The position numbers were made by a program, and so were the translations under genes. The notes below the pieces were generated by a model. That model was given only the letters and a program-made list of their open reading frames with translations. It was not told where the DNA came from and ran no database searches. Below, piece by piece: positions 24,907 to 33,351 of a stretch of 59,639 nucleotides of DNA. Source of the stretch: Candidatus Liptonbacteria bacterium (GTDB lineage: Bacteria; Patescibacteriota; Minisyncoccia; UBA6257; 2-01-FULL-56-20); the NCBI GenBank assembly GCA_016186635.1, contig JACPLI010000021.1:1-59639 (forward strand), given 5' to 3'. Position 1 is the first letter of the stretch. Each line of letters starts with the position of its first letter.

Positions 24907-26733
24907 ATGACTTCCTTCGAGATACGGCAAAAGTTTCTTAAATTTTTTCAAGATCGCGGGCACGCGGTTATTCCTTCGGCGCCCTTGGTGCCGGAGAACG
25001 ACCCCACCACGCTTTTCACGGGGAGCGGGATGCAGCCGCTTATCCCATATCTTTTGGGGCAATCGCATCCGTTGGGGAAGCGGCTCGTAAACTCGCAAAA
25101 ATGTTTCCGTGCAGAGGACATTGAAGAAGTGGGAGATAACCGCCACACGACGTTTTTTGAGATGCTTGGCAACTGGTCATTCGGGGATTATTGGAAGGAG
25201 GAGCAGCTTTCATGGTTTCTTGAGTTTCTTACCGACGAGGTGCACATAAAGAAAGAAGGGCTCGCGGTGTCGTGTTTCGAGGGCGACCCCTCGCTCAATC
25301 TTCCGCCCGACAACGAGTCGGCGGAAATTTGGAAGAAGCTCGGCATCCCGAAAGAGAGGATTTACTTTTATGGCGCTAAGAAAAATTGGTGGAGCCGTTC
25401 GGGCGTGCCCGCGAACATGCCCGCCGGAGAGCCGGGCGGTCCCGACAGCGAAGTGTTTTTTGAATTCACCTTGGTCCCGCACGACAAAAAATACGGCGAC
25501 GCATGCCACCCGAACTGCGATTGCGGGCGGTTTATGGAAATCGGGAATTCGGTGTTTATGGAATATAAGAAGAATGAGGATGGCACGTTTGAAAAGTTAA
25601 AGCAGAGAAACGTGGACTTCGGCGGGGGATTGGAGCGTATCACGGCGGCGGCGAACGATGACCCGGATGTGTTTCGCATTGATGTGTTTGCAAAAATGAA
25701 GTCTGCTTTAACAGAACCAGATAAAAATAACCCTCGAAAGTTGCGCATTATCCTTGACCACCTGCGTGCTTCGGTATTCCTCATTGCAGATGAAGTGCGG
25801 CCATCAAATAAAGGACAGGGGTATGTGTTGCGGCGGCTCTTGCGGAGGATGGGATTTCACTACTTCGATTTGTTCAGTCATAGAGCAATAGATACTGACC
25901 CGCGCCTCAGCAATGCCATCCTTGCGCTCGGGATTACATATCAAACCGCATACCCCGAAATGTATAAAAGGATTGCGGGTATTCCCACGCATGTTACAGA
26001 TGAGTTGGAAAAGTTCGAATTTTCGCTTGAGGCTGGACTTCGGGAATTCAAAAAGTTGTCGGCCAAGGGAAAAATTTCCGGTCAGGAGGCGTTTGCTTTG
26101 TTTTCCACGCATGGATTTCCTTATGAGATGGCGTTTGAACTTGCAGAGGAGCAGGGAATCGAGATTGATGAAAGCGAGTTTGAGTTGGAGATGAAAAAAC
26201 ACCAGGACCTTTCCCGCACCGCATCCGCCGGGACGTTCAAAGGCGGCCTCGCCGATTCCTCGGAGAAGACAACGCGCCTGCACACCGCGCACCATCTTCT
26301 TCTCAAGGCGCTCCAGCTCGTACTCGGGTCCGGCGTGAAGCAACGGGGGAGCAATATCACGCAGGAGCGGCTTCGCATGGACTTTTCATATGAAGCGAAA
26401 ATGACGGACGAGCAGAAAAAGGAAGCGGAGCGGATTGTGAACGAAAAAATCGCCGAGGACTTGCCGGTCATTCGGAACGAAATGGCGCTTGAGGATGCGG
26501 AGAAGTTGCACGCGGAGCACGAATTCGGGGCAAAGTATCCCGCGCGCGTCTCGGTCTACTCGGTGGGTCCAAAGGGAGCAACGCCCGAAAACCCTCAATT
26601 TGAGAAGGCGTTCTCGATTGAGTTTTGCGGCGGGCCGCATGTGACCCATACAGGGGTAATAGGGAAATTTAGAATCAAAAAGGAAGAAGCGGTAGGAGCG
26701 GGCATACGGAGGGTTCGGGGCGTGGTGAAATAA
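24907..26733 (+). CDS. alaS: alanyl-tRNA synthetase, short form (608 aa)
   Basis: FTGSGMQPL, NRHTTFFEMLGNWSFGDYWK, editing-domain HTAHHLL and CGGPHV. No C-terminal DHHA1/C-Ala region. Confidence 0.9.
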   Translation: MTSFEIRQKFLKFFQDRGHAVIPSAPLVPENDPTTLFTGSGMQPLIPYLLGQSHPLGKRLVNSQKCFRAEDIEEVGDNRHTTFFEMLGNWSFGDYWKEEQLSWFLEFLTDEVHIKKEGLAVSCFEGDPSLNLPPDNESAEIWKKLGIPKERIYFYGAKKNWWSRSGVPANMPAGEPGGPDSEVFFEFTLVPHDKKYGDACHPNCDCGRFMEIGNSVFMEYKKNEDGTFEKLKQRNVDFGGGLERITAAANDDPDVFRIDVFAKMKSALTEPDKNNPRKLRIILDHLRASVFLIADEVRPSNKGQGYVLRRLLRRMGFHYFDLFSHRAIDTDPRLSNAILALGITYQTAYPEMYKRIAGIPTHVTDELEKFEFSLEAGLREFKKLSAKGKISGQEAFALFSTHGFPYEMAFELAEEQGIEIDESEFELEMKKHQDLSRTASAGTFKGGLADSSEKTTRLHTAHHLLLKALQLVLGSGVKQRGSNITQERLRMDFSYEAKMTDEQKKEAERIVNEKIAEDLPVIRNEMALEDAEKLHAEHEFGAKYPARVSVYSVGPKGATPENPQFEKAFSIEFCGGPHVTHTGVIGKFRIKKEEAVGAGIRRVRGVVK

Positions 26734-26793
26734 CGCGACTTATACCCAGTTTTTCTCGCGTCGCGCGGTTCTTCGGGGTACAATGGGTGAGAA

Positions 26794-28401
26794 ATGAGGA
26801 AAATTATCGTTACGAAAACCGAAACGGCGTCCTCGGTGGCGCATAAGGTTTTGGGGATTATGGACCGTGAGGTGGTGCTGGTCATCCCGAAGCAGTCCAA
26901 AGTGGGTTCATCTTTGAATAATTTGCACCTGCTCCATCGGGAGGCGGAGAAGGCGGGAAAGCATCTTATCGTTGAGTCCGTGGACGAGGAGGTGCTTGCC
27001 TTTGCGAAGCTTGCGGGCATCGCTTCGTCACACCCCTTTTTGGGGCGCGCCTCGGGTTTGCAGGACATCGTGCCCCGCGCGCGAAACGCACCCGGGGAGG
27101 AGCCCCCCCGCCACTTCCGCGCCGTGAAATCGAAGGGGGTTTCTCCTTCGGAGGAGGTGTCGCTTGAATCAGAAGAAGAAAATGCGGAGCAGGAAGAAGT
27201 TGCAATCGCCCGCGCCCCCTCGCGCGCGCGCACGGCGGAGGCGCGGGCTCGCGTGCGGCACCGCATGCGCGCGGCTTTTCTTGCGGTGCTCGTGGCAGCC
27301 CTTCTGTTCGCGGGCGTGTGGGCAACGGGCGCATTCTTCGGAACGGCGACGGTCTCCGTGCGCCTTCAGGCGGCCCCGTGGGAATACCAAGGGGTGTTCA
27401 TTGCGGACGCGGCGGCGCCCGCGGCGGACCCCGCGCAGAGGATGCTCCCTGCGGAAATTTTCTCGCTTAACCGCAACCTTACCCAGCAGTTTCCCGCAAC
27501 CGGCACCGCGCGGGTGGAGGAGTACGCCAAGGGAACGGTGGTGATTTATAACTCCTACAGCTCGACGCCGCAGACGCTGGTCGCAACGACGCGGTTTATA
27601 ACGCAGGACGGTAAGGTGTTTCGGCTTGTTGACAGGGTGGTGGTGCCGGGAGCGCTCGTGCGCGGCGGCGCCATCACGCCCGCGACGACAACCGCTGCGG
27701 TTGTGGCGGACAAACCGGGCGCGGAGTATAACCTGGCGTCCATTGCAAAGCTCACCATTCCCGCTTTTCGCGGCAGCCCCAAATTCAACGGCTTCTACGG
27801 AGCCATGCCGGGCGGGACGAGGGGGGGATATGTGGGCGCAAAAAAGGTGGCGACTGCGAAAGACATTGAGGCGGCGAAGGTGAGAATTGCCGAAGTCCTG
27901 AACGCGAGCCTGGATACTCTCTTCGAGGCGACGAAACCGGAAGAGTTCATGATTCCGGACGGCGCGCGCGCCATTGCGGTGAAGAAGGTTGCGGTGAGCG
28001 AAGCCACGGATACCGGCGGCAATTTCAACGTGTTTGGAGAGGCGACGCTCACTGCCCCGGGGTTCCGGCGAGATGACCTCACCCGCATGCTTGTGGGATA
28101 CGCGGAAGCCGACCGCGGGAGCAAGAATCTTATGTTCCGCACGCTTTCACTCGAGGCAAAGATGGAGAAGTTTGACGCTCCTGCGCGGCGCGCGACGGTA
28201 ACCGTGAGCGCGCGCGGCGTAGTCGCCCCCGTGTTTTCGGAGGAGGATTTCAAGGCGTCTATTGCGGGGCTTGACGTGCGCGCCGCCCAAGCCGCGATAG
28301 GGCGCATCCAGGGGCTTGCAGAGGGGAAAATCTCCCTCTGGCCCTTCTGGGTGCAGGATGTCCCTTCGGATGCGGGGCGGATTACGGTAGCCGTAGAGTA
28401 G
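26794..28401 (+). CDS. hypothetical membrane-anchored protein (535 aa)
   Basis: Long ORF with one central TM segment. No motif recognised. Confidence 0.6.
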   Translation: MRKIIVTKTETASSVAHKVLGIMDREVVLVIPKQSKVGSSLNNLHLLHREAEKAGKHLIVESVDEEVLAFAKLAGIASSHPFLGRASGLQDIVPRARNAPGEEPPRHFRAVKSKGVSPSEEVSLESEEENAEQEEVAIARAPSRARTAEARARVRHRMRAAFLAVLVAALLFAGVWATGAFFGTATVSVRLQAAPWEYQGVFIADAAAPAADPAQRMLPAEIFSLNRNLTQQFPATGTARVEEYAKGTVVIYNSYSSTPQTLVATTRFITQDGKVFRLVDRVVVPGALVRGGAITPATTTAAVVADKPGAEYNLASIAKLTIPAFRGSPKFNGFYGAMPGGTRGGYVGAKKVATAKDIEAAKVRIAEVLNASLDTLFEATKPEEFMIPDGARAIAVKKVAVSEATDTGGNFNVFGEATLTAPGFRRDDLTRMLVGYAEADRGSKNLMFRTLSLEAKMEKFDAPARRATVTVSARGVVAPVFSEEDFKASIAGLDVRAAQAAIGRIQGLAEGKISLWPFWVQDVPSDAGRITVAVE

Positions 28402-28527
28402 CGCACTCCTTTCCTCAAGTGAGGGGAGGGTGTGGGTGGGGTGACCCGCGGGTATCTCTCAAGATTTGCATTATTTGCTATAATCCCTTACAATAACCCT
28501 TGCTGCGAAGGCAGCACTTTTTCGTAC

Positions 28528-28734
28528 ATGGAGCAACAGGCAGTTGAGGGAATTGTGAAAGAGGCCTTGCCGGGCCTCACGTTTCGTCTTGAGATGAAAG
28601 AAGGCGGCAAGGAGGTGCTTGGGCATCTCGCCGGCAAGATGAAACTCCACCGTATCCGTGTGCTTCCGGGAGACCGGGTGTTGGTCGAATTGGGTCCCGA
28701 TGGGAGAAGGGGGAGGATTGTGCGCAGATTGTAA
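28528..28734 (+). CDS. infA: translation initiation factor IF-1
   Basis: [46 protein letters not shown]. Confidence 0.9.
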   Translation: MEQQAVEGIVKEALPGLTFRLEMKEGGKEVLGHLAGKMKLHRIRVLPGDRVLVELGPDGRRGRIVRRL

Positions 28735-28804
28735 GCAAAGAGCCAAGAGCGAATAGCAAATGGAAATTCTATTTGCTCTATGCTATTAGCCATACGCCAT
28801 TATC

Positions 28805-28918
28805 ATGAAAGTCAGAAGTTCAGTCAAAAGAATCTGCAGCAAGTGCAAAGTGGTGAAGCGCCGCGGGAAAATTTATGTCACCTGCGCGAATCCGAAGCAT
28901 AAGCAGAGACAAGGATGA
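28805..28918 (+). CDS. rpmJ: ribosomal protein L36
   Basis: [37 protein letters not shown]. Not in the ORF track (under 60 aa). Confidence 0.9.
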   Translation: MKVRSSVKRICSKCKVVKRRGKIYVTCANPKHKQRQG

Positions 28919-28965
28919 ATAGCAAAGCGCATAGCGCAAATCGCGATTAGCGATACGCGATCACC

Positions 28966-29349
28966 ATGAGAATAATTGGCGTCAACATTCCCGACAGTAA
29001 GCGCATTGAAATCGCGCTTACCTACCTGCGCGGCATCGGGCGCTCGGCGAGCCGCCGCATTCTTGCCGAAGTCGGAGTTGACATGAACAAGCGGGCGAAA
29101 GACCTTTCGTCCGAGGAAGCGAATAAAATTCAGACGTTTGCAGAAAAGCATTACGTGCTCGAAGGGGAGTTGCGCCAGCTTGTCCGGCAGAATATCGAGC
29201 GGTTGAAGAATCTCAAAACGTACCGGGGCATCCGCCACATGCGGCGGCTTCCCGTGCGGGGGCAGCGGACGAAAACCAACTCGCGCACGGTGCGCGGCAA
29301 TGTGCGGAAAACGGCGGGGAGCGGCAAGAGGAAAGTGGAACTCAAATAA
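28966..29349 (+). CDS. rpsM: ribosomal protein S13
   Basis: MRIIGVNIPDSKRIEIALTYLRGIG. Confidence 0.95.
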   Translation: MRIIGVNIPDSKRIEIALTYLRGIGRSASRRILAEVGVDMNKRAKDLSSEEANKIQTFAEKHYVLEGELRQLVRQNIERLKNLKTYRGIRHMRRLPVRGQRTKTNSRTVRGNVRKTAGSGKRKVELK

Positions 29350-29452
29350 TTACCACACGAACACGCGAATCGGTACGAAAATACGAATCCTTGAATGTGC
29401 ATATCCGTTCGTATATTCGTAGGAGTTCGTAAATTAGTGCGATATATTTGAA
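29350..29452. repeat. ~100-nt spacer hairpin, cacgaa/ttcgta family
   Basis: ccacacgaacacgcgaatcggtacgaaaatacgaat ... ttcgtatattcgtaggagttcgtaaattagtgcgata. Ends 8 nt before the rpsK ATG. Confidence 0.8.
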
Positions 29453-29920
29453 ATGGGTAAAACCAAAGTTGATACAAAGCCAGCAGTTCCCGAAGAGGCG
29501 ACAAAGCCCGTCATGGCGCAAGCTCCCGTCGCGGCCGAGGCGGCGCTCGCGAAGCCAGAGAAGAAAGTGAAGGGGCTTGAGCGCGGCAGGGTGTACATTA
29601 ACGCGTCCTATAACAACACGACGGTTACCGTGACCGATGGCGCGGGAAATGTCATCGCATGGGCTTCCGCGGGAGCGCTTGGGTTTGCGGGTCCCAAGAA
29701 AGCGACGCCGTTTGCGTCTTCAAAGGTGATTGCCGCGATTGGAGAAAAACTCAAATCTTCCTGGCCTGCGTCGCTTGAGGTTATTGTGAAGGGTGTCGGC
29801 TCCGGACGGGATTCCGCGGTGCGGTCGCTCATCAACCACGGATGCAACATTGTTTCCATGAAAGACGTGACACCGATTCCGCACAACGGCCCGAGGCCGC
29901 CAAAGGTGCGAAGAGTATAA
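29453..29920 (+). CDS. rpsK: ribosomal protein S11 (N-terminally extended)
   Basis: GRVYINASYNNTTVTVTD...GPKKATPFA. Confidence 0.95.
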   Translation: MGKTKVDTKPAVPEEATKPVMAQAPVAAEAALAKPEKKVKGLERGRVYINASYNNTTVTVTDGAGNVIAWASAGALGFAGPKKATPFASSKVIAAIGEKLKSSWPASLEVIVKGVGSGRDSAVRSLINHGCNIVSMKDVTPIPHNGPRPPKVRRV

Positions 29921-30038
29921 ATCACAAGCAACAAGTACCAAATCACAAACAATATCCAATGACCAAAATTCGAATTTCAGAAGTTGGGATTTTGAATTTG
30001 TTTGTAATTTGTAATTTGTAATTTGGAATTTTCACATC
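29921..30038. repeat. AT-rich spacer hairpin containing (gtaattt)n
   Basis: caaatcacaaacaa ... ttgtttgtaatttgtaatttgtaatttgg. The arms are complementary. Confidence 0.6.
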
Positions 30039-30659
30039 ATGCAGGGTCCCAAAGAAAAAAGAGAGCGAGCGCTGGGAGAGCATCTCCAGCTCAAAGCTCA
30101 CCGCTGCGCGTCGCCGAAGTGCGCCTTGGTGCGGAAGCCGTATCGTCCGGGCGCCCACGGTCCCTCGCGGCGTTCTCCCCGCGGGTTGTCGGAATTCGGG
30201 CTCCAGCTCCGCGAAAAACAGAAGTTCAAGTTGAGCTACGGGCTTGACGAGCGCAACTTGCGGGCGCTCTTCGAGTCGGCGCGCCAGGCGCGCGGCTCGA
30301 CCGCCCAGAAGATTCTTGAGCTACTCGAGCGCCGGCTCGACAACGTGCTCTTCCGCGCGGGCATTGCGCAGTCACGGATTATGGGGCGGCAGATGCTCGT
30401 GCACGGGCACATCACGGTGGCGGGGAGAATCGTGCGGTCGCCGGGGTTCCTTGTGCACGCGGGCGATGTGGTTGCGGTGAAGGAAGCGTCGAGAGCCCGT
30501 GCGCTGTTCCGGCACGTGCGCGACCCGCAGTGGCATTACGAAGTTCCTGCGTGGATTGCGCTCGATAAGGAGAAACTGGAAGCGAAGGTGCTTTCGATTC
30601 CGCAGGACATCGAGCCGCCGTTTGAGGTGAAGCTGCTCGTGGAGGCGTTCAGCAAGTAA
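30039..30659 (+). CDS. rpsD: ribosomal protein S4
   Basis: LRLDNVLFRAG..SR..ARQ-type S4 domain, 206 aa. Confidence 0.95.
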   Translation: MQGPKEKRERALGEHLQLKAHRCASPKCALVRKPYRPGAHGPSRRSPRGLSEFGLQLREKQKFKLSYGLDERNLRALFESARQARGSTAQKILELLERRLDNVLFRAGIAQSRIMGRQMLVHGHITVAGRIVRSPGFLVHAGDVVAVKEASRARALFRHVRDPQWHYEVPAWIALDKEKLEAKVLSIPQDIEPPFEVKLLVEAFSK

Positions 30660-30661
30660 TC

Positions 30662-30782
30662 TGACGATAACGATGACTATGGCGATAACCGCAGGAAAAA
30701 GTGACAAAACCACAAAAATAGTATATTCTCGTACCTTAATGGCGAAAGGGTCATCGTCATTGTTATAGTCATTGTAATTGCC
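30662..30782. repeat. spacer hairpin of the gtcat/atgac family
   Basis: The gacgataacgatgactatggcgataac arm pairs with gtcatcgtcattgttatagtcattgtaattgcc. Ends at the rpoA ATG. Confidence 0.75.
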
Positions 30783-31559
30783 ATGGATACATTACAGTTG
30801 CATGGAGCGATAGTGGTAAAAACCGTTTCCGAGGAGGCGAAACGGGGTGTGTTCGAGATTGAGGGCTTGTTTGCGGGGTACGGTGTCACGGTGGGGAATG
30901 CGCTCCGGCGTACGCTTCTTTCGTCCTTGCAGGGCGCGGCGATCACCGAGTTCAAGGTGAAAAACGCGCCGCACGAGTTCTCCACACTGCCGGGCATGAA
31001 GGAAGACCTTGTGGAACTCCTTTTGAATTTCAAGCGGCTCCGTTTCCGCATGCACACCGACGAGCCGCACGTGCTTGCGCTCAAAGCGAAAGGGGAGAAA
31101 ATCGTAACCGCAGCGGATGTCCAAGCGGATGCGGAGGTGGAGCTTATGAACCCAGAAGAAATCATCGCGCACCTTACCGCAAAGAACGCGGAACTCGACA
31201 TTGAGCTCAAGGTGGAGCGGGGGCTGGGGTACTCTTCGGTTGAATCGCGCAAGGCACAGGGGCGGCTTCCCATCGGCACCATTGCGGTGGACGCGATTTT
31301 TACGCCGGCGCTGCGCGTGAATTACACGGTGGACAACATGCGGGTGGGGGAGCGTACGGACTACAACCGGCTTCGGCTTGAGATTGACACCGACGGCTCC
31401 ATCAGCCCTTCGCATGCGCTTGCCCAGTCCGTGCAGATTATGAAGGACCATTTCGAAAAAGTGTTGGGGCTGGCCGCAGTGCAGGCGTTCGAAGCGCCGG
31501 CGGCGGAGGCACCGAAGGAAAAACCCGCGAAGAAGAAGAAGTCGAAGAAAGAAGAGTAA
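30783..31559 (+). CDS. rpoA: RNA polymerase alpha subunit, N-terminal domain only (258 aa)
   Basis: GYGVTVGNALRRTLLSS.. alpha-NTD. Ends in a Lys-rich tail (PKEKPAKKKKSKKEE) with no recognisable alpha-CTD. Confidence 0.9.
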   Translation: MDTLQLHGAIVVKTVSEEAKRGVFEIEGLFAGYGVTVGNALRRTLLSSLQGAAITEFKVKNAPHEFSTLPGMKEDLVELLLNFKRLRFRMHTDEPHVLALKAKGEKIVTAADVQADAEVELMNPEEIIAHLTAKNAELDIELKVERGLGYSSVESRKAQGRLPIGTIAVDAIFTPALRVNYTVDNMRVGERTDYNRLRLEIDTDGSISPSHALAQSVQIMKDHFEKVLGLAAVQAFEAPAAEAPKEKPAKKKKSKKEE

Positions 31560-31659
31560 CTATCACACGAATACGCGAATCACCGCCAGCTGGCGGTACG
31601 AAAATACGAACAGATTCGTATGTTCGTAAATAGTTCGTAAGTTCGTGTGATATGAAGCA
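31560..31659. repeat. ~100-nt spacer hairpin, cacgaa/ttcgta family
   Basis: Homologous to 29350-29452, with an extra 12-nt palindrome cgccagctggcg. Ends 7 nt before the rplQ ATG. Confidence 0.8.
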
Positions 31660-32013
31660 ATGCGCCACTTAAAGAAGGGCAAAAAGTTCCATCTCCTCCG
31701 CGGGCGGCGGCAGTCGTTTCTGCGGCTCTTAGCGAACAACCTGATTCGCGCGGGGAAGATTGAGACTACGGAGGTGCGTGCGAAGGCAATTCGCCCGGTG
31801 GTGGAGAAGCTGGTGACGATTGCGAAGGCGGGAGACCTTGCGGCGCGGCGGCTGCTCCTCCGGCGCGTGCATGAGCGCGCGATTGTGCAGAAGCTCTGCG
31901 GCGAGCTCGGGACGAAATACAAAGCGCGCAACGGAGGGTATCTTCGCATTACGAAACTCGCAAAAAGCCGCAAACGCGATGGTTCGCGCCTCGCCGCGAT
32001 TGAATTTGTATAA
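31660..32013 (+). CDS. rplQ: ribosomal protein L17
   Basis: MRHLKKGKKFHLLRGRRQSFLRLLANNLI. Confidence 0.9.
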   Translation: MRHLKKGKKFHLLRGRRQSFLRLLANNLIRAGKIETTEVRAKAIRPVVEKLVTIAKAGDLAARRLLLRRVHERAIVQKLCGELGTKYKARNGGYLRITKLAKSRKRDGSRLAAIEFV

Positions 32014-32115
32014 TCACCACACGAATACACGAATCTGTACGAAAATACGAATTCTTGAATGTGCTTGTTCGTTCGTATGTTCGTAATAATTTGTACATTC
32101 GTGCGATATATTTAA
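32014..32115. repeat. ~100-nt spacer hairpin, cacgaa/ttcgta family
   Basis: Near-colinear with 29350-29452. Ends 7 nt before the rplM ATG. Confidence 0.8.
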
Positions 32116-32457
32116 ATGGATTACCACATTGACGCGAAAAACCAGCGGTTGGGGCGCATGGCGTCCCGCATCGCGACGCTCCTCCAGGGGAAAGAGAGTC
32201 CTTCATACGCGCGGAATCAAGTGTCTGCGGTGAAGGTCATTGTAAAAAACGTGAAGGAGCTTGACCTTACGCCAAAGAAGCTCGAGCAAAAAATCTATTA
32301 CCGCCACACGGGCTATATGGGGCATTTGAAGGAGCTTACGCTTGAACAGATGTGGGCGAAAGACCCGAAGCGCGTGGTGCGCGAAGCGGTCAGGAAAATG
32401 CTCCCGAGGAATTTTCTCACGTCGCGGCGGTTAAAGAATCTTATTTTTGTGGACTAA
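32116..32457 (+). CDS. rplM: ribosomal protein L13 (short)
   Basis: GRMASRIATLLQGK...YYRHTGYMGHLKE. Confidence 0.9.
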   Translation: MDYHIDAKNQRLGRMASRIATLLQGKESPSYARNQVSAVKVIVKNVKELDLTPKKLEQKIYYRHTGYMGHLKELTLEQMWAKDPKRVVREAVRKMLPRNFLTSRRLKNLIFVD

Positions 32458-32461
32458 TATC

Positions 32462-32902
32462 ATGGCAGAAACCAAGACAAAGAAAATAATTGCGAAGGCC
32501 GAGCCGGTGAAAATAGCCCATTATGTGGAAGCGGTAGGGCGGCGGAAAACCGCGGTGGCGCGCGTGCGTCTCACGAAGGGGAAGGGCGAGGTGACGGTAA
32601 ACGGGCGGGCGCTCGAGGCATATTTCCCGCTCCCGCGATGGCGCTCGTTCCTGCTTGCGCCGCTTGAGCGCTTGAAAATGCGTGATGCGGTGAATGTGAG
32701 TGCCAAAGTGCAGGGAGGGGGTCCTTCGGGGCAGGCGGAGGCGGTGCGGCACGGCATCGCCCGCGCGATTGTGCTCCAATCCCCGGAGATGAAAGTTCAG
32801 CTCCGCGCGTTCGGATTCCTCACCCGCGACCCGAGGATGGTGGAGCGGAAGAAGTACGGCCTGAAGAAGGCGAGAAGGGCTCCCCAGTGGGCCAAGCGTT
32901 AG
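32462..32902 (+). CDS. rpsI: ribosomal protein S9
   Basis: GRRKTAVARVRL..GGGPSGQAEAVRHGIARA..RDPRMVERKKYGLKKARRAPQWAKR. Confidence 0.95.
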   Translation: MAETKTKKIIAKAEPVKIAHYVEAVGRRKTAVARVRLTKGKGEVTVNGRALEAYFPLPRWRSFLLAPLERLKMRDAVNVSAKVQGGGPSGQAEAVRHGIARAIVLQSPEMKVQLRAFGFLTRDPRMVERKKYGLKKARRAPQWAKR

Positions 32903-32907
32903 AGAGG

Positions 32908-32940
32908 AAGTTCCCACCATACGGCGGGAACTTTTATTTT
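32908..32940 (+). terminator. intrinsic terminator after rpsI
   Basis: aagttccc ... gggaactt stem followed by ttatttttg. Confidence 0.65.
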
Positions 32941-32960
32941 TGCCCGTTGAGGAGGGGATA

Positions 32961-33068
32961 GGGGTCGGGGAAGGGCGGGAAATGAGTCCTTCCCCGTGTA
33001 GGAATGAGCGGAGCGGACTCAAAACCGAGGGTTTTGAGGGAGTCCCGCCCCCGGCGCAATGGCGGGAC
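32961..33068. repeat. three-hairpin element, copy Y
   Basis: Colinear with 15115-15198. Stem 1 differs by paired changes (ggggaaGG..CCttcccc versus ggggaaCC..GGttcccc). Confidence 0.6.
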
Positions 33069-33141
33069 GACGCCTCAGTGGCCAAGAGATAGTGAGAGTT
33101 TCCCATGCGCGATGGGAATTCTTTGCGCATACGTTATCACA

Positions 33142-33167
33142 GTTTACTTTAGTGTACTAAAGTAAAC
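33142..33167. promoter_or_regulatory. 26-bp palindrome gtttactttagt-gt-actaaagtaaac (candidate TrpR-like operator, copy 1)
   Basis: Perfect 12-bp arms. Copies at 35672-35697 and 36009-36034. Confidence 0.55.
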
Positions 33168-33274
33168 CCCGCAACTATGTCCTTGCAGGCATAGCGTTGA
33201 GGTGCTGCTCTTTACGGTTTCGGTAAGTTACCTCCTGCCTTCACAAGCGGGATTTCCGCGTGAACGGGGTACAC

Positions 33275-33316
33275 CAAAAAGGAGCCCCGACGGGATGATT
33301 CCCGCCGGGGCTTTTG
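33275..33316. terminator. bidirectional intrinsic terminator
   Basis: 12-bp stem agccccgacggg/cccgccggggct (one mismatch), flanked by aaaaagg on the left and ttttga on the right. Confidence 0.65.
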
Positions 33317-33351
33317 ATATCGTATTTTAGAGGGTTGGAATGAGTGCTTTA

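Noticed and set aside
32441-33130. 229-aa minus-strand ORF
   Set aside because: It is antisense to rpsI and runs through a terminator and the three-hairpin repeat. Its composition is typical of spurious GC-rich frames.
33168-33316. SRP RNA, 6S RNA or a riboswitch in the gap after rpsI
   Set aside because: No SRP domain IV consensus, no 6S-like long bulged helix length, and no riboswitch core that I could recognise. Reported only as a possible orphan transcript.
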